A stretch of 56,225 nucleotides of DNA from a virus (lineage: Duplodnaviria > Caudoviricetes): the IMG/VR virus record IMGVR_UViG_3300006923_000027, positions 1 to 56,225 of that record; one strand, written 5' to 3'. A program made the translations under genes and the position numbers. Shown here piece by piece: positions 1-7,950 of this stretch; the first letter of the stretch is position 1; each line of letters opens with the position of its first letter. A model generated the notes under the pieces. The model was not told where the DNA came from, ran no database searches, and was given only the letters and a program-made list of their open reading frames with translations.

Positions 1-1
1 G

Positions 2-187
2 GTAGAGTTAAAAGTGACAGAGCATTATGCTATATCAACAATAAAGAAAGAATACACTAAAACAGAAACACGGACAACCTCTCATAACTGGTTTAAGATA
101 CCATTGAATATAGATATGGATATAGAAGAACAAGTTTTAAAACTATTTCCTACAATGATCAACTTTAAGTGGAGAGAGATAGAATAA
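2..187 (+). CDS. hypothetical protein, 5'-truncated (payload of a cassette starting upstream of the window)
   Basis: Open frame VELKVTEHY...FKWREIE* followed by hairpin GCCTTGAC-AA-GTCAAGGC and the first palindrome. Confidence 0.7.
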   Translation, partial: VELKVTEHYAISTIKKEYTKTETRTTSHNWFKIPLNIDMDIEEQVLKLFPTMINFKWREIE

Positions 188-273
188 TATTTGAGAAGCC
201 CAAAAGCCTTGACAAGTCAAGGCCTTGCTTTGCACCGTTACCCCCGTAGGGGGTAATCTTTTGTTCAATGTAA

Positions 274-301
274 TTGAAATTAAATTTAGATGTGTTATAA
301 T
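274..301 (+). promoter_or_regulatory. sigma70 promoter, cassette 1
   Basis: TTGAAA-16bp-TATAAT with extended TG; -35 is 17 bp after the palindrome. Confidence 0.8.
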
Positions 302-332
302 ATAAGTACCTATTCAACATAAAGGAGAAAAT

Positions 333-746
333 ATGAATTTACAAGATTGTATGCCATGTGAAGAGTCTGAATTGCACCCTGCACTTAAGTCTATAGTAGA
401 GGCATTAGATGAAACAATGAAAAGCAATAAGGTGATTCCTAACAAAACTGCTGATGATTTATTCAACGAAACAAAATTTTTAATAAAAAGATTGTGGAAT
501 TACGCATTACTTATGAATAAACCAATGTGCCTAGTAACTAACCATTGTGCCTTTGGTATGGTCATTGTCTGTTCCAAAGATGAAAACGGACAAATGCTAT
601 GGAACAATCAACAGATACCAGAAAATATGTGTGGGATTGTTGCCAAGCATGTATCTACTTTTCCAGAGATGGTTACTTGTGATAGATATCATGAGCTGTG
701 GACAGTAAACTATCTTCAAAAAAGCATGGGTGGACACGAACAATAA
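333..746 (+). CDS. hypothetical early protein (cassette 1)
   Basis: ORF with AAGGAG RBS, own promoter and terminator. Confidence 0.85.
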   Translation: MNLQDCMPCEESELHPALKSIVEALDETMKSNKVIPNKTADDLFNETKFLIKRLWNYALLMNKPMCLVTNHCAFGMVIVCSKDENGQMLWNNQQIPENMCGIVAKHVSTFPEMVTCDRYHELWTVNYLQKSMGGHEQ

Positions 747-762
747 AGTGTAAACTTATTTC

Positions 763-794
763 ATAAGGGAGAGTCAAATCTCCCTTTGTGTTTT
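763..794 (+). terminator. intrinsic terminator, cassette 1
   Basis: AAGGGAGA/TCTCCCTT stem followed by T-rich tract. Confidence 0.7.
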
Positions 795-890
795 CGTTAC
801 CCCCGTAGGGGGTAACATTTCTTTCAGATTAGTTTACATACGTGTGTATGTGTGTTACAATATATATATCAATAAAACAAAGAGGTTATT

Positions 891-1259
891 ATGACAAACT
901 TAGCAACAATCAAACAACAATTGGAAAATGAAATAAAAAGACTAGAGGAAGAACTTGAGAATCTAAAAATAGACCAAAGCGAAAGAGGTAATAAACTTAT
1001 AGATTCTTTCAAAGAACAGAATATAGACTTTATTAAAAGTTGTTTTGGAAAAAGAGAATATGAAGTCATAGAAGATGAAATTGAATTTGATTATAATTTT
1101 GACACTGAGTGTGTTATAATATCTGCAAGTTTAACATTTGTTGATTTAACCCTTAATAACAATGATAAATATAAAGTTGAGATAAAGTCTATAACTACAG
1201 AATTTAATGAGTTTAGCCAACAAATATATATTTATATATCTGTCTCTTGGAGAGGATAA
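891..1259 (+). CDS. hypothetical early protein with N-terminal coiled coil (cassette 2)
   Basis: GAGGT RBS; TTTACA/TACAAT promoter upstream. Confidence 0.85.
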   Translation: MTNLATIKQQLENEIKRLEEELENLKIDQSERGNKLIDSFKEQNIDFIKSCFGKREYEVIEDEIEFDYNFDTECVIISASLTFVDLTLNNNDKYKVEIKSITTEFNEFSQQIYIYISVSWRG

Positions 1260-1388
1260 AGCGAGGAGGTGTATGATCGTGCATCTTCCACGTTACCCCC
1301 TACGGGGGTAATGTTTTGTTCAATATAATTGAAAGATTTAATTAGACGTGTTATAATATAAGTACCTGTTCAATATAAAGGAGTAAGC

Positions 1389-1877
1389 ATGAAAAAAGAA
1401 AAAGCGATACAAGGTAAAAGAGCGTATGAAAGCTCTATAGCTTTCATGAGTAATCAGACAGATTATTATATAGAGACATGGAACGGTTGTGTAAAAATTA
1501 CTAACATGTCATTAAAAGACGAGCCCGTAGAGGGAGGCTATGGTTATGACATGAACATTGTAAATTATGATAAAAGTAACATACATTATCAGTTTAATTT
1601 CTTTACTTACTTTGGAAATTGGCAATTACAATCAGTTACAAAATATGAGGATAATAATGTTATTCTTTCAATGAAGTTTGAAGATACTGTTTATCTTTAC
1701 AATAATTATTCTATGAGTACTATAATGAATTTTCTTCATAGTGTGCCCGTATTCACTAAATACATCACTTTGAAAGACGGGATAGTGCATGAGCATACAA
1801 GACCATACGGGAAGTTTATAGAGGAAGTCTCAGAACGGGATACAGAAGAATTATTGAAATATATTGTTATAGAGTAA
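1389..1877 (+). CDS. hypothetical early protein (cassette 3)
   Basis: AAGGAG RBS; promoter/leader very similar to cassette 1. Confidence 0.85.
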   Translation: MKKEKAIQGKRAYESSIAFMSNQTDYYIETWNGCVKITNMSLKDEPVEGGYGYDMNIVNYDKSNIHYQFNFFTYFGNWQLQSVTKYEDNNVILSMKFEDTVYLYNNYSMSTIMNFLHSVPVFTKYITLKDGIVHEHTRPYGKFIEEVSERDTEELLKYIVIE

Positions 1878-2018
1878 AATAAAAACAAATAGTTACATGC
1901 GTATTCGCATGTGACTTCATCCTTATTACCCCCTACGGGGGTAACTTTCTGCCCCTTTCCCTTGCACGATTGAACAATGCGTGTTATAATATATTATCAT
2001 TTCAACATAGGATTTAAC

Positions 2019-2345
2019 ATGAGTATTAAGCATTTTACAGATTATCTTTTTCATAACGGTTCTCACTGGAATAGGATTGACCTTGGTAACGGTTTGCAAC
2101 TATCAATTCAAGGCGGCATGCTGAACTATTGCCGACCTAGACAACATGGATTGAGAGCGAATCAATATACCGAGTGGGAAATCGCTGTTTTTAAAGAGGG
2201 GGAGATGATAAACCCTCAATGTAAAAGTTATGAATTTTCAGAGGAAGATAATGTTTTCTGTTATGTTCCTACATTAAAGGTTCAAGAATTATTTGAGGAA
2301 ACAAATAGACTTACAAAAGAAGAAGTAGAAAGATTAGGAAGTTAA
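2019..2345 (+). CDS. phage hypothetical protein (LSIQ...YCxPR...YVP type) (cassette 4)
   Basis: Start moved to the ATG after the promoter and AGGA RBS; motif pattern recalled from phage hypothetical proteins. Confidence 0.8.
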   Translation: MSIKHFTDYLFHNGSHWNRIDLGNGLQLSIQGGMLNYCRPRQHGLRANQYTEWEIAVFKEGEMINPQCKSYEFSEEDNVFCYVPTLKVQELFEETNRLTKEEVERLGS

Positions 2346-2487
2346 AAGATAAAAATTAGATACTAAGACCATGCATGAGTATGGTCTTTTTCTTCATTAC
2401 CCCCGTAGGGGGTAACCTTTCTGTCTTTTTTATGCATGTGTGAAAATACATGCTATAATATATTATCACTACAAAAAAGGAGAATTT

Positions 2488-2751
2488 ATGCATTACAGAA
2501 TCTATTATGAAAACAGGGATTATTTATTCAGAGTGTCGGATAGACAGTGGTATTCTATAGACGGTACAAAGGTTTATGACAGAGAGTTGAGGGATACTTT
2601 GACAAGTTTGTGTTCTCAAAGATGTAACGTCCCTATGGAGAGTTTTCAGCCTGTTAAAGTTGTAATTCAAGATATAAAGAAAGAGTCAAAAAGAAAACCA
2701 AGAAAAGCAAAGGTCAGTAAAAATAAAAAATGGAAATTGAATCTTTTTTAA
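2488..2751 (+). CDS. small basic protein, WK(L/I)N C-terminal family (cassette 5)
   Basis: AAGGAG RBS before ATG 2488; ends KKWKLNLF. Confidence 0.8.
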   Translation: MHYRIYYENRDYLFRVSDRQWYSIDGTKVYDRELRDTLTSLCSQRCNVPMESFQPVKVVIQDIKKESKRKPRKAKVSKNKKWKLNLF

Positions 2752-2918
2752 TGACTTAATATGTAGCCTTTACTATTTAATTGTTTGGGCTTTAATTCAT
2801 TACCCCCTACGGGGGTAACACTTAACTCAAAAGACTTGTAAGATTACTATAGTCATGTTATAATATATATGTATTCAACAACGGATACACATTCACTACT
2901 AAAAAAAAGGAAAAAAAA

Positions 2919-3434
2919 ATGTCAAATTTCATTTTTTCATTCAATCAAAAAAACAAACGTACACGATCTGCAAAAGAGATATTTGAGGAGACTCTTTTTC
3001 TTAAAAAGAAAAATGGCGTTCTATGTATCGAATTTAACCTTGTGGAAGATAGAAAAGGATATGGGGCACAATTCATTCCTACTGGCGAATTAGAAGAAGT
3101 AGCACAAGTCCTTGTTGACGCTAGGGACAATGGTATCACAAGCGAAACACAACAACTTTCAACGGCTCAGATTCTCAAAAAATCTTTAATAGAAACTGAG
3201 AAAGGAGAGATTAGATTCAAAACTGAAGATACAAAAGGAAAAAAGCCTACTGTATGTTCTGATAAAGAAGATTTTAATGAGTTTGTAGATACGTTCATGT
3301 CTATACTTCCTGCTATGCAAACTGAAATTGCAAGAGTCCAAAAGGAAATGGGCTTAATTGTAGAAGAAGAAGTAGAAGAAGTAAATAATGATGAATACTA
3401 CAATGAAGAAGATTATATTGAAGAAGAAGAATAA
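2919..3434 (+). CDS. triplicated early protein copy 1, with acidic tail (cassette 6)
   Basis: Highly similar to 4011-4457 and 5369-5842. Confidence 0.9.
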   Translation: MSNFIFSFNQKNKRTRSAKEIFEETLFLKKKNGVLCIEFNLVEDRKGYGAQFIPTGELEEVAQVLVDARDNGITSETQQLSTAQILKKSLIETEKGEIRFKTEDTKGKKPTVCSDKEDFNEFVDTFMSILPAMQTEIARVQKEMGLIVEEEVEEVNNDEYYNEEDYIEEEE

Positions 3435-3607
3435 CATTTGTAGTTAAATATACAAGAGGACATGCGTTTGTGTGTCCTCGCTTTTATCTGGTTACCCCCT
3501 ACGGGGGTAATGTTATGTGCTATAAATTTGTTTGATCTGATTATTTGTGTTATAATATAATATAGCATAAAGTTATATTCAAAAATCACTACCAAAGGGA
3601 GAATCCT

Positions 3608-3853
3608 ATGAAAAAGAAAGTCGATTTAAGTCAATTTGCAGTTGACTTGAAAAGCAAAAGCAACGTTGTTTACATGCTTGAGAATGTAATACAAAGAAGT
3701 AAATTAGATTTGGTTGTATCTGACAAGGAAACACTTGTTTCTTTAATTAGATATGTTATATTGAGAGGTAAATACACTATAAATATAGATGAACTTGTAA
3801 AAGATGATGAGTATATAGTAAGGCTCATAGAGGAACACGCCAAAGTTGAATAA
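3608..3853 (+). CDS. hypothetical early protein (cassette 7)
   Basis: GGGAG RBS, promoter and terminator. Confidence 0.8.
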   Translation: MKKKVDLSQFAVDLKSKSNVVYMLENVIQRSKLDLVVSDKETLVSLIRYVILRGKYTINIDELVKDDEYIVRLIEEHAKVE

Positions 3854-4010
3854 AAAAAAGAGCAGTTATTATTTGTATAACTGTTTCTTTATTACCCCCT
3901 ACGGGGGTAACACTTAACCCAAAGTAGTTGAAATATTTATACATACGTGTTATAATATATATGTATTCAACAACGGATACAAATTCACTACTAAAAAAAA
4001 GAGGTCAAAA

Positions 4011-4457
4011 ATGAGTTTTTCATTTTCATTCAATCAAAAAAATAAACGTACACGTTCTGCAAAAGAAATTTTTTCAGATACATTACAGCTAGTTGAGCAT
4101 GATGGCACATTATGTATATCATTTAATCTTGTAGAGGATCGAAAAGGCTACGGTGCACAATTTGTTCCAGTGTCTGAACTACAAGAGTTTGCTGATGTTC
4201 TTTGTATGGCACGTGACAACGGTATTGCTAACGAAACTGAACAGTTATCCACAGCACAAATTCTTAAAAAATCTTTAATCGAAACTGAAAAGGGAGAAAT
4301 AAGATTTAAGACAGAAGATACAAAGGGAAAAAAACCCACTGTTTGTTCTGACAAAGAAGATTTTGATGTATTTGTAACTACGTTTATGAGCGTGCTTCCA
4401 GCCATGAAGTCTGAAATACAACGTGTTCAAAATGAACTAGGTAAGATGAATGAGTAA
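4011..4457 (+). CDS. triplicated early protein copy 2 (cassette 8)
   Basis: Paralog of 2919 and 5369; GAGGT RBS. Confidence 0.9.
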   Translation: MSFSFSFNQKNKRTRSAKEIFSDTLQLVEHDGTLCISFNLVEDRKGYGAQFVPVSELQEFADVLCMARDNGIANETEQLSTAQILKKSLIETEKGEIRFKTEDTKGKKPTVCSDKEDFDVFVTTFMSVLPAMKSEIQRVQNELGKMNE

Positions 4458-4608
4458 ATATTAAATATTTAAAAACCAAGAGGACATGCATTTGCGTGTC
4501 CTCACTTCTCTCATTACCCCCTACGGGGGTAATCACTTGTGTAACAACCTTGCAAAAACAAGCAAGTAGTGTTATAATATATTATCACTTCAACAAAAGG
4601 AGATTTTT

Positions 4609-4755
4609 ATGAGTGAATACTATAAACATAAGACAATCATTATATGTGAAAAAACTGGTCGAAAAAGAATACAGTTTAAAAAGGAAGAACGCAAAATAGT
4701 GTTGGCAGAACCCAAGAAGCCAAAAACTGTAAAGGTATGGAAAATAAATTTTTAA
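4609..4755 (+). CDS. 48-aa basic protein, WK(L/I)N C-terminal family (cassette 9; not in ORF track)
   Basis: AAGGAG RBS; MSEYYKHKTII...KPKTVKVWKINF*. Confidence 0.8.
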   Translation: MSEYYKHKTIIICEKTGRKRIQFKKEERKIVLAEPKKPKTVKVWKINF

Positions 4756-4919
4756 TCGGCTCTCAAAAGAGTTGCTATTATGGCAACTCTACACATTACC
4801 CCCGTAGGGGGTAACTCCTAACCCAATTCACTTGACGTGAGTATAGTAAGAGGTTATAATATAGTATATCCAATCAAGGATATATGAAATATTATATAAT
4901 ATCAAACAAAGGGAAAAAT

Positions 4920-5162
4920 ATGCAAAATATAGATGTAGTAAGACGCTGGACACGTGGTGTGACTGGTAAAAATTCAAATATGCGTACAGACGGGAGTGCG
5001 TTGTATTCTTATGATTTACAAATAGGATATACTAAACGAAACGGTGACAAAATAGTTTATAACTATACTGCAAGTGGAGAATTCAAAACTCGAACCACAT
5101 CAAAGCATGTTGTTACTGCACGTGTTCTAGCCGATAGGCAAGAGGACGTTCCTAGCACATAG
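4920..5162 (+). CDS. phage hypothetical protein (LYSY...TTSKH type) (cassette 10)
   Basis: ORF downstream of a TTGACG/TATAAT promoter; start could be 4884. Confidence 0.8.
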   Translation: MQNIDVVRRWTRGVTGKNSNMRTDGSALYSYDLQIGYTKRNGDKIVYNYTASGEFKTRTTSKHVVTARVLADRQEDVPST

Positions 5163-5368
5163 TATTTGGAATTTTTATCTTTGGAGGTATTCTTCTTTAT
5201 AAGTTGAATACCTCACTTTTTTATTTTCCATTTACCCCCTACGGGGGTAACGTATGTATCAAAAAGATTTACTTTTTAACACACACGTGTTGACACGACA
5301 CTTCAATCATGTTATAATATATATATCCAATGAAGGATATTCACTACTATAAAAAAGAGGTAAAAAAA

Positions 5369-5842
5369 ATGAGTAAAAATTTTGTATTTTCATTCAATAA
5401 GAAAAATAAAAGAACACGTTCAGCAACGGAGATTTTTCAAGATACGTTGCAATTAGTTATGCATAACGATATTTTGTCTATAGAATTCAATCTTGTTGAG
5501 GACAGAAAGGGTTATGGAGCCCAATTCGTTCCCGTTGACGAATTAGAACAAGTTTCTGCAATCTTAGTCAATGCACGTGATAACGGTATAGCGAATGAAA
5601 CCGAACAGTTATCAACGGCTCAGATTCTCAAAAAATCTTTAATAGAAACTGAGAAAGGAGAGATCAGATTTAAAACAGAGGACACAAAAGGTAAGAAGCC
5701 AACTGTATGTAAGGATCAAGGCGACTTCAATGAATTTGTTGATACGTTCATGAGTGTGCTTCCTGCTATGCAATCAGAGATACAACGTGTTCAAGGTGAA
5801 CTAAGTAAGATGAAAGCTACAGATAGTGATACAGAAGAATAA
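5369..5842 (+). CDS. triplicated early protein copy 3 (cassette 11)
   Basis: Paralog of 2919/4011; GAGGT RBS before ATG 5369. Confidence 0.9.
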   Translation: MSKNFVFSFNKKNKRTRSATEIFQDTLQLVMHNDILSIEFNLVEDRKGYGAQFVPVDELEQVSAILVNARDNGIANETEQLSTAQILKKSLIETEKGEIRFKTEDTKGKKPTVCKDQGDFNEFVDTFMSVLPAMQSEIQRVQGELSKMKATDSDTEE

Positions 5843-6001
5843 ATATTTGTTATTCTGTTATATAAGAGAACATGTATATGCGTGTTCTCTTTTTTTTCTT
5901 ATTGAATTACCCCCGTAGGGGGTAACAACCTACTCGCTTCACTTGACATAACAAGTGCAGCATGTTATATTATATCACTACTCTAAAAAAAGGAGACCAT
6001 C

Positions 6002-6328
6002 GTGTCATTATTACAAGTTAAATACCGTTCAAAAGGTGAAAGATCAATTTATTATTATAATCAAGAAGAAAGATGTTTTCTAACTGAAGATATGAAACAA
6101 ATAAGTGATAACAAACTTCATCATAGGTTAGTATATCGTATGATGTTCGAAACAGAGCATTGTATAAATAGAGTTAAAATATTTAACCTTACCGAAGAAG
6201 AAGAAACAAAATTAAGACTAATATACGGAGAAGAAGAAAAACCTAAAAAAGCTATTAGAACTCCCAAAGTAGATAATACAGTTAACTCAAATAAGTGGAA
6301 ATTAAATATAGACTTTACAAATCATTGA
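6002..6328 (+). CDS. small protein, WK(L/I)N C-terminal family (cassette 12)
   Basis: AAGGAG RBS, GTG start; ends NKWKLNIDFTNH. Confidence 0.8.
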   Translation: MSLLQVKYRSKGERSIYYYNQEERCFLTEDMKQISDNKLHHRLVYRMMFETEHCINRVKIFNLTEEEETKLRLIYGEEEKPKKAIRTPKVDNTVNSNKWKLNIDFTNH

Positions 6329-6408
6329 TTTAACAAAACAACTCTTTAGTTTTTCTAAAGAGTTTACTCTATTACCCCCTACGGGGGTAACGCATGCTCA
6401 CACTTGAG

Positions 6409-6437
6409 TTGACATACGATTGAAACCGTGTTATATT
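6409..6437 (+). promoter_or_regulatory. sigma70 promoter driving ncRNA 1
   Basis: TTGACA-17bp-TATATT, extended TG. Confidence 0.85.
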
Positions 6438-6443
6438 ATTATC

Positions 6444-6760
6444 GTTAGTGCGTTGTACCAACGTGCGATAAGAAGTTTTTTAATTTTTCTTCCTTAGAGT
6501 TCTTGAATAATAAATTAAAATTAAACTAATTTTTATCTTCGATAAAGTCTTTTAATTTCTTATTTAATAACTCTCAGTGATAAAAATTAAATTAAAATAT
6601 GCTTCTTGTGCCATCTATTTTAAATAAAGAGGCCAGCGTAAGCTGGCAAGTTAAACTTTCCAGAAAGAAAACATCTCTGCATTTAAGATAAAACTTAATA
6701 TATCTCTTAGTTTTTTAATAAACATCCTTTTGGTTAGAGATATATTAAGTTTTATCTTGA
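6444..6760 (+). ncRNA. putative structured ncRNA 1 (unassigned family)
   Basis: No ORF or RBS; 5' hairpin 6448-6466, ~140-nt rod 6468-6609, GCCAGC-GTAA-GCTGGC hairpin, 23-bp 3' stem 6685-6758. Confidence 0.75.
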
Positions 6761-6796
6761 TTACCCCCGTAGGGGGTAACGCATAACCAAAGCAAC

Positions 6797-6825
6797 TTGA
6801 CTCTAGTCTACTAACATGTTATATT
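6797..6825 (+). promoter_or_regulatory. sigma70 promoter driving ncRNA 2
   Basis: TTGACT-17bp-TATATT. Confidence 0.85.
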
Positions 6826-6830
6826 ATAAT

Positions 6831-7185
6831 TGTAAGGATCGACACCTAGATAGGGTTTATATATCAATAACTAGATAGTGTCTACGGACACACACAAAAA
6901 CAAATACAGTTGATCCTTACTCTGTGTTTTAGTGCGTTGTTACAACGTGCGTGTACACGTTCACAAAATCTTTCTTTAATTGCTAAAGATTTGTAAACAA
7001 AACAATAAATTTTCTTGTCACAATTAAAGAAAGATTTAGTTTAACCAGTCCCGCATCCCAGCTTCTTTTAAAATTAAAAAGCAGCTTCCCTTCCAGGAAT
7101 CAAATTAAACAAGATCAAAACTTAATATACTATCAGTTTTTAAATAAACAACCTTTTAGGGATAGTATATTAAGTTTTGCTTTTA
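6831..7185 (+). ncRNA. putative structured ncRNA 2 (same family, extra 5' domain)
   Basis: Extra stem 6832-6920; hairpin 6932-6950; rod 6966-7037; 19-bp 3' stem 7116-7179. Confidence 0.75.
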
Positions 7186-7221
7186 TTACCCCCTACGGGG
7201 GTAAAGCGATACACACACGTA

Positions 7222-7250
7222 TTGACACAACATATCATATATGTTATATT
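7222..7250 (+). promoter_or_regulatory. sigma70 promoter driving ncRNA 3
   Basis: TTGACA-17bp-TATATT. Confidence 0.85.
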
Positions 7251-7256
7251 ATTATT

Positions 7257-7534
7257 GTTGGTGGTATGTTGTTCCGACATGCTAGTATTATCTTTTAAAT
7301 TAACGACCGTTAATGCAAATGTGATTTAAAGATCATTCTGATTTTTAAACTAAAATAAACACATTGCGCAATCACTTTCGTTAATTTAAAGAACCCAGAA
7401 GGAATCACAGCTTTAAATTAAAATGTAGCTGCGGCCTGCCTGGAATAAAACCAAACAAAACACACTTAATATATATTTCAGTTTTTAAATAAACAATCTG
7501 CCAACAGAGAAGTATATATTAAGTGTGTTTTGCA
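7257..7534 (+). ncRNA. putative structured ncRNA 3 (same family)
   Basis: Hairpin 7264-7282; rod 7294-7390; CAGCT/AGCTG hairpin; 20-bp 3' stem 7456-7532. Confidence 0.75.
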
Positions 7535-7743
7535 TTACCCCCGTAGGGGGTATTACTTCATTCTTGTAGTTATATCATTTTATTTATGTAGTTTGTTCAG
7601 ATAAAATAATAAAGTAAAGAATGAAGTGATGTATATTAAAAATCAATATAGGCGATCATATATGCGTTTATATTCCTGCACAAATTTTTCAGGTGGGTTA
7701 TGTACGCACACAAGAAAAAGGTGGTAAATATAAGCCATATTGC

Positions 7744-7772
7744 TTGACAAGGGATAGAATATAGGTTATTAT
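7744..7772 (+). promoter_or_regulatory. sigma70 promoter without upstream palindrome
   Basis: TTGACA-17bp-TATTAT. Confidence 0.7.
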
Positions 7773-7778
7773 TTATGT

Positions 7779-7950
7779 ATAGCGAATTGAACGTCACTTT
7801 TCAAGATTGTAGAAATACTATAAGAAAGAATTTAAGTATTCCTATTAAGAGATGTGAGACACACAAAGTGATGATCAATCAATGATAAAAACAATACAGA
7901 ATATAGAGGGTTTAATTTATTCTGTATAGCCTTTCACACTTTGGAAAAAC
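7779..7950 (+). ncRNA. possible structured ncRNA or leader
   Basis: Nested stems (GTCACTTT/AAAGTGAT, AATACT/AGTATT) and ATACAGAATA/TATTCTGTAT hairpin directly after the promoter. Confidence 0.45.

Larger units (their letters stand above)
238..7553. repeat. 16 dispersed copies of 19-bp near-palindrome TTACCCCC(GTA/TAC)GGGGGTAA delimiting expression cassettes
   Basis: Copies start at 238(GTA), 797(GTA), 1293(TAC), 1926(TAC), 2397(GTA), 2800(TAC), 3492(TAC), 3892(TAC), 4514(TAC), 4796(GTA), 5232(TAC), 5907(GTA), 6372(TAC), 6761(GTA), 7186(TAC), 7535(GTA, last base T). The two forms are reverse complements. Confidence 0.98.

Noticed and set aside
238-7553. Palindrome array as a CRISPR array
   Set aside because: The repeat is only 19 bp, intervals are 260-670 bp and contain promoters and genes, orientation varies, and there are no cas genes in the window.
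238-7553. Classical integron cassette array
   Set aside because: No integrase in the window, sites lack attC length and the AAC...GTT box order, and every cassette has its own promoter.
238-7553. Palindromes as intrinsic terminators
   Set aside because: No U-tract follows them, a separate hairpin already lies just upstream of each, and their position is tied to the downstream -35 box.
6444-7950. tRNA, tmRNA or other recognisable RNA genes in the non-coding island
   Set aside because: No cloverleaf, T-loop GTTCRA or CCA-type ends found by eye.
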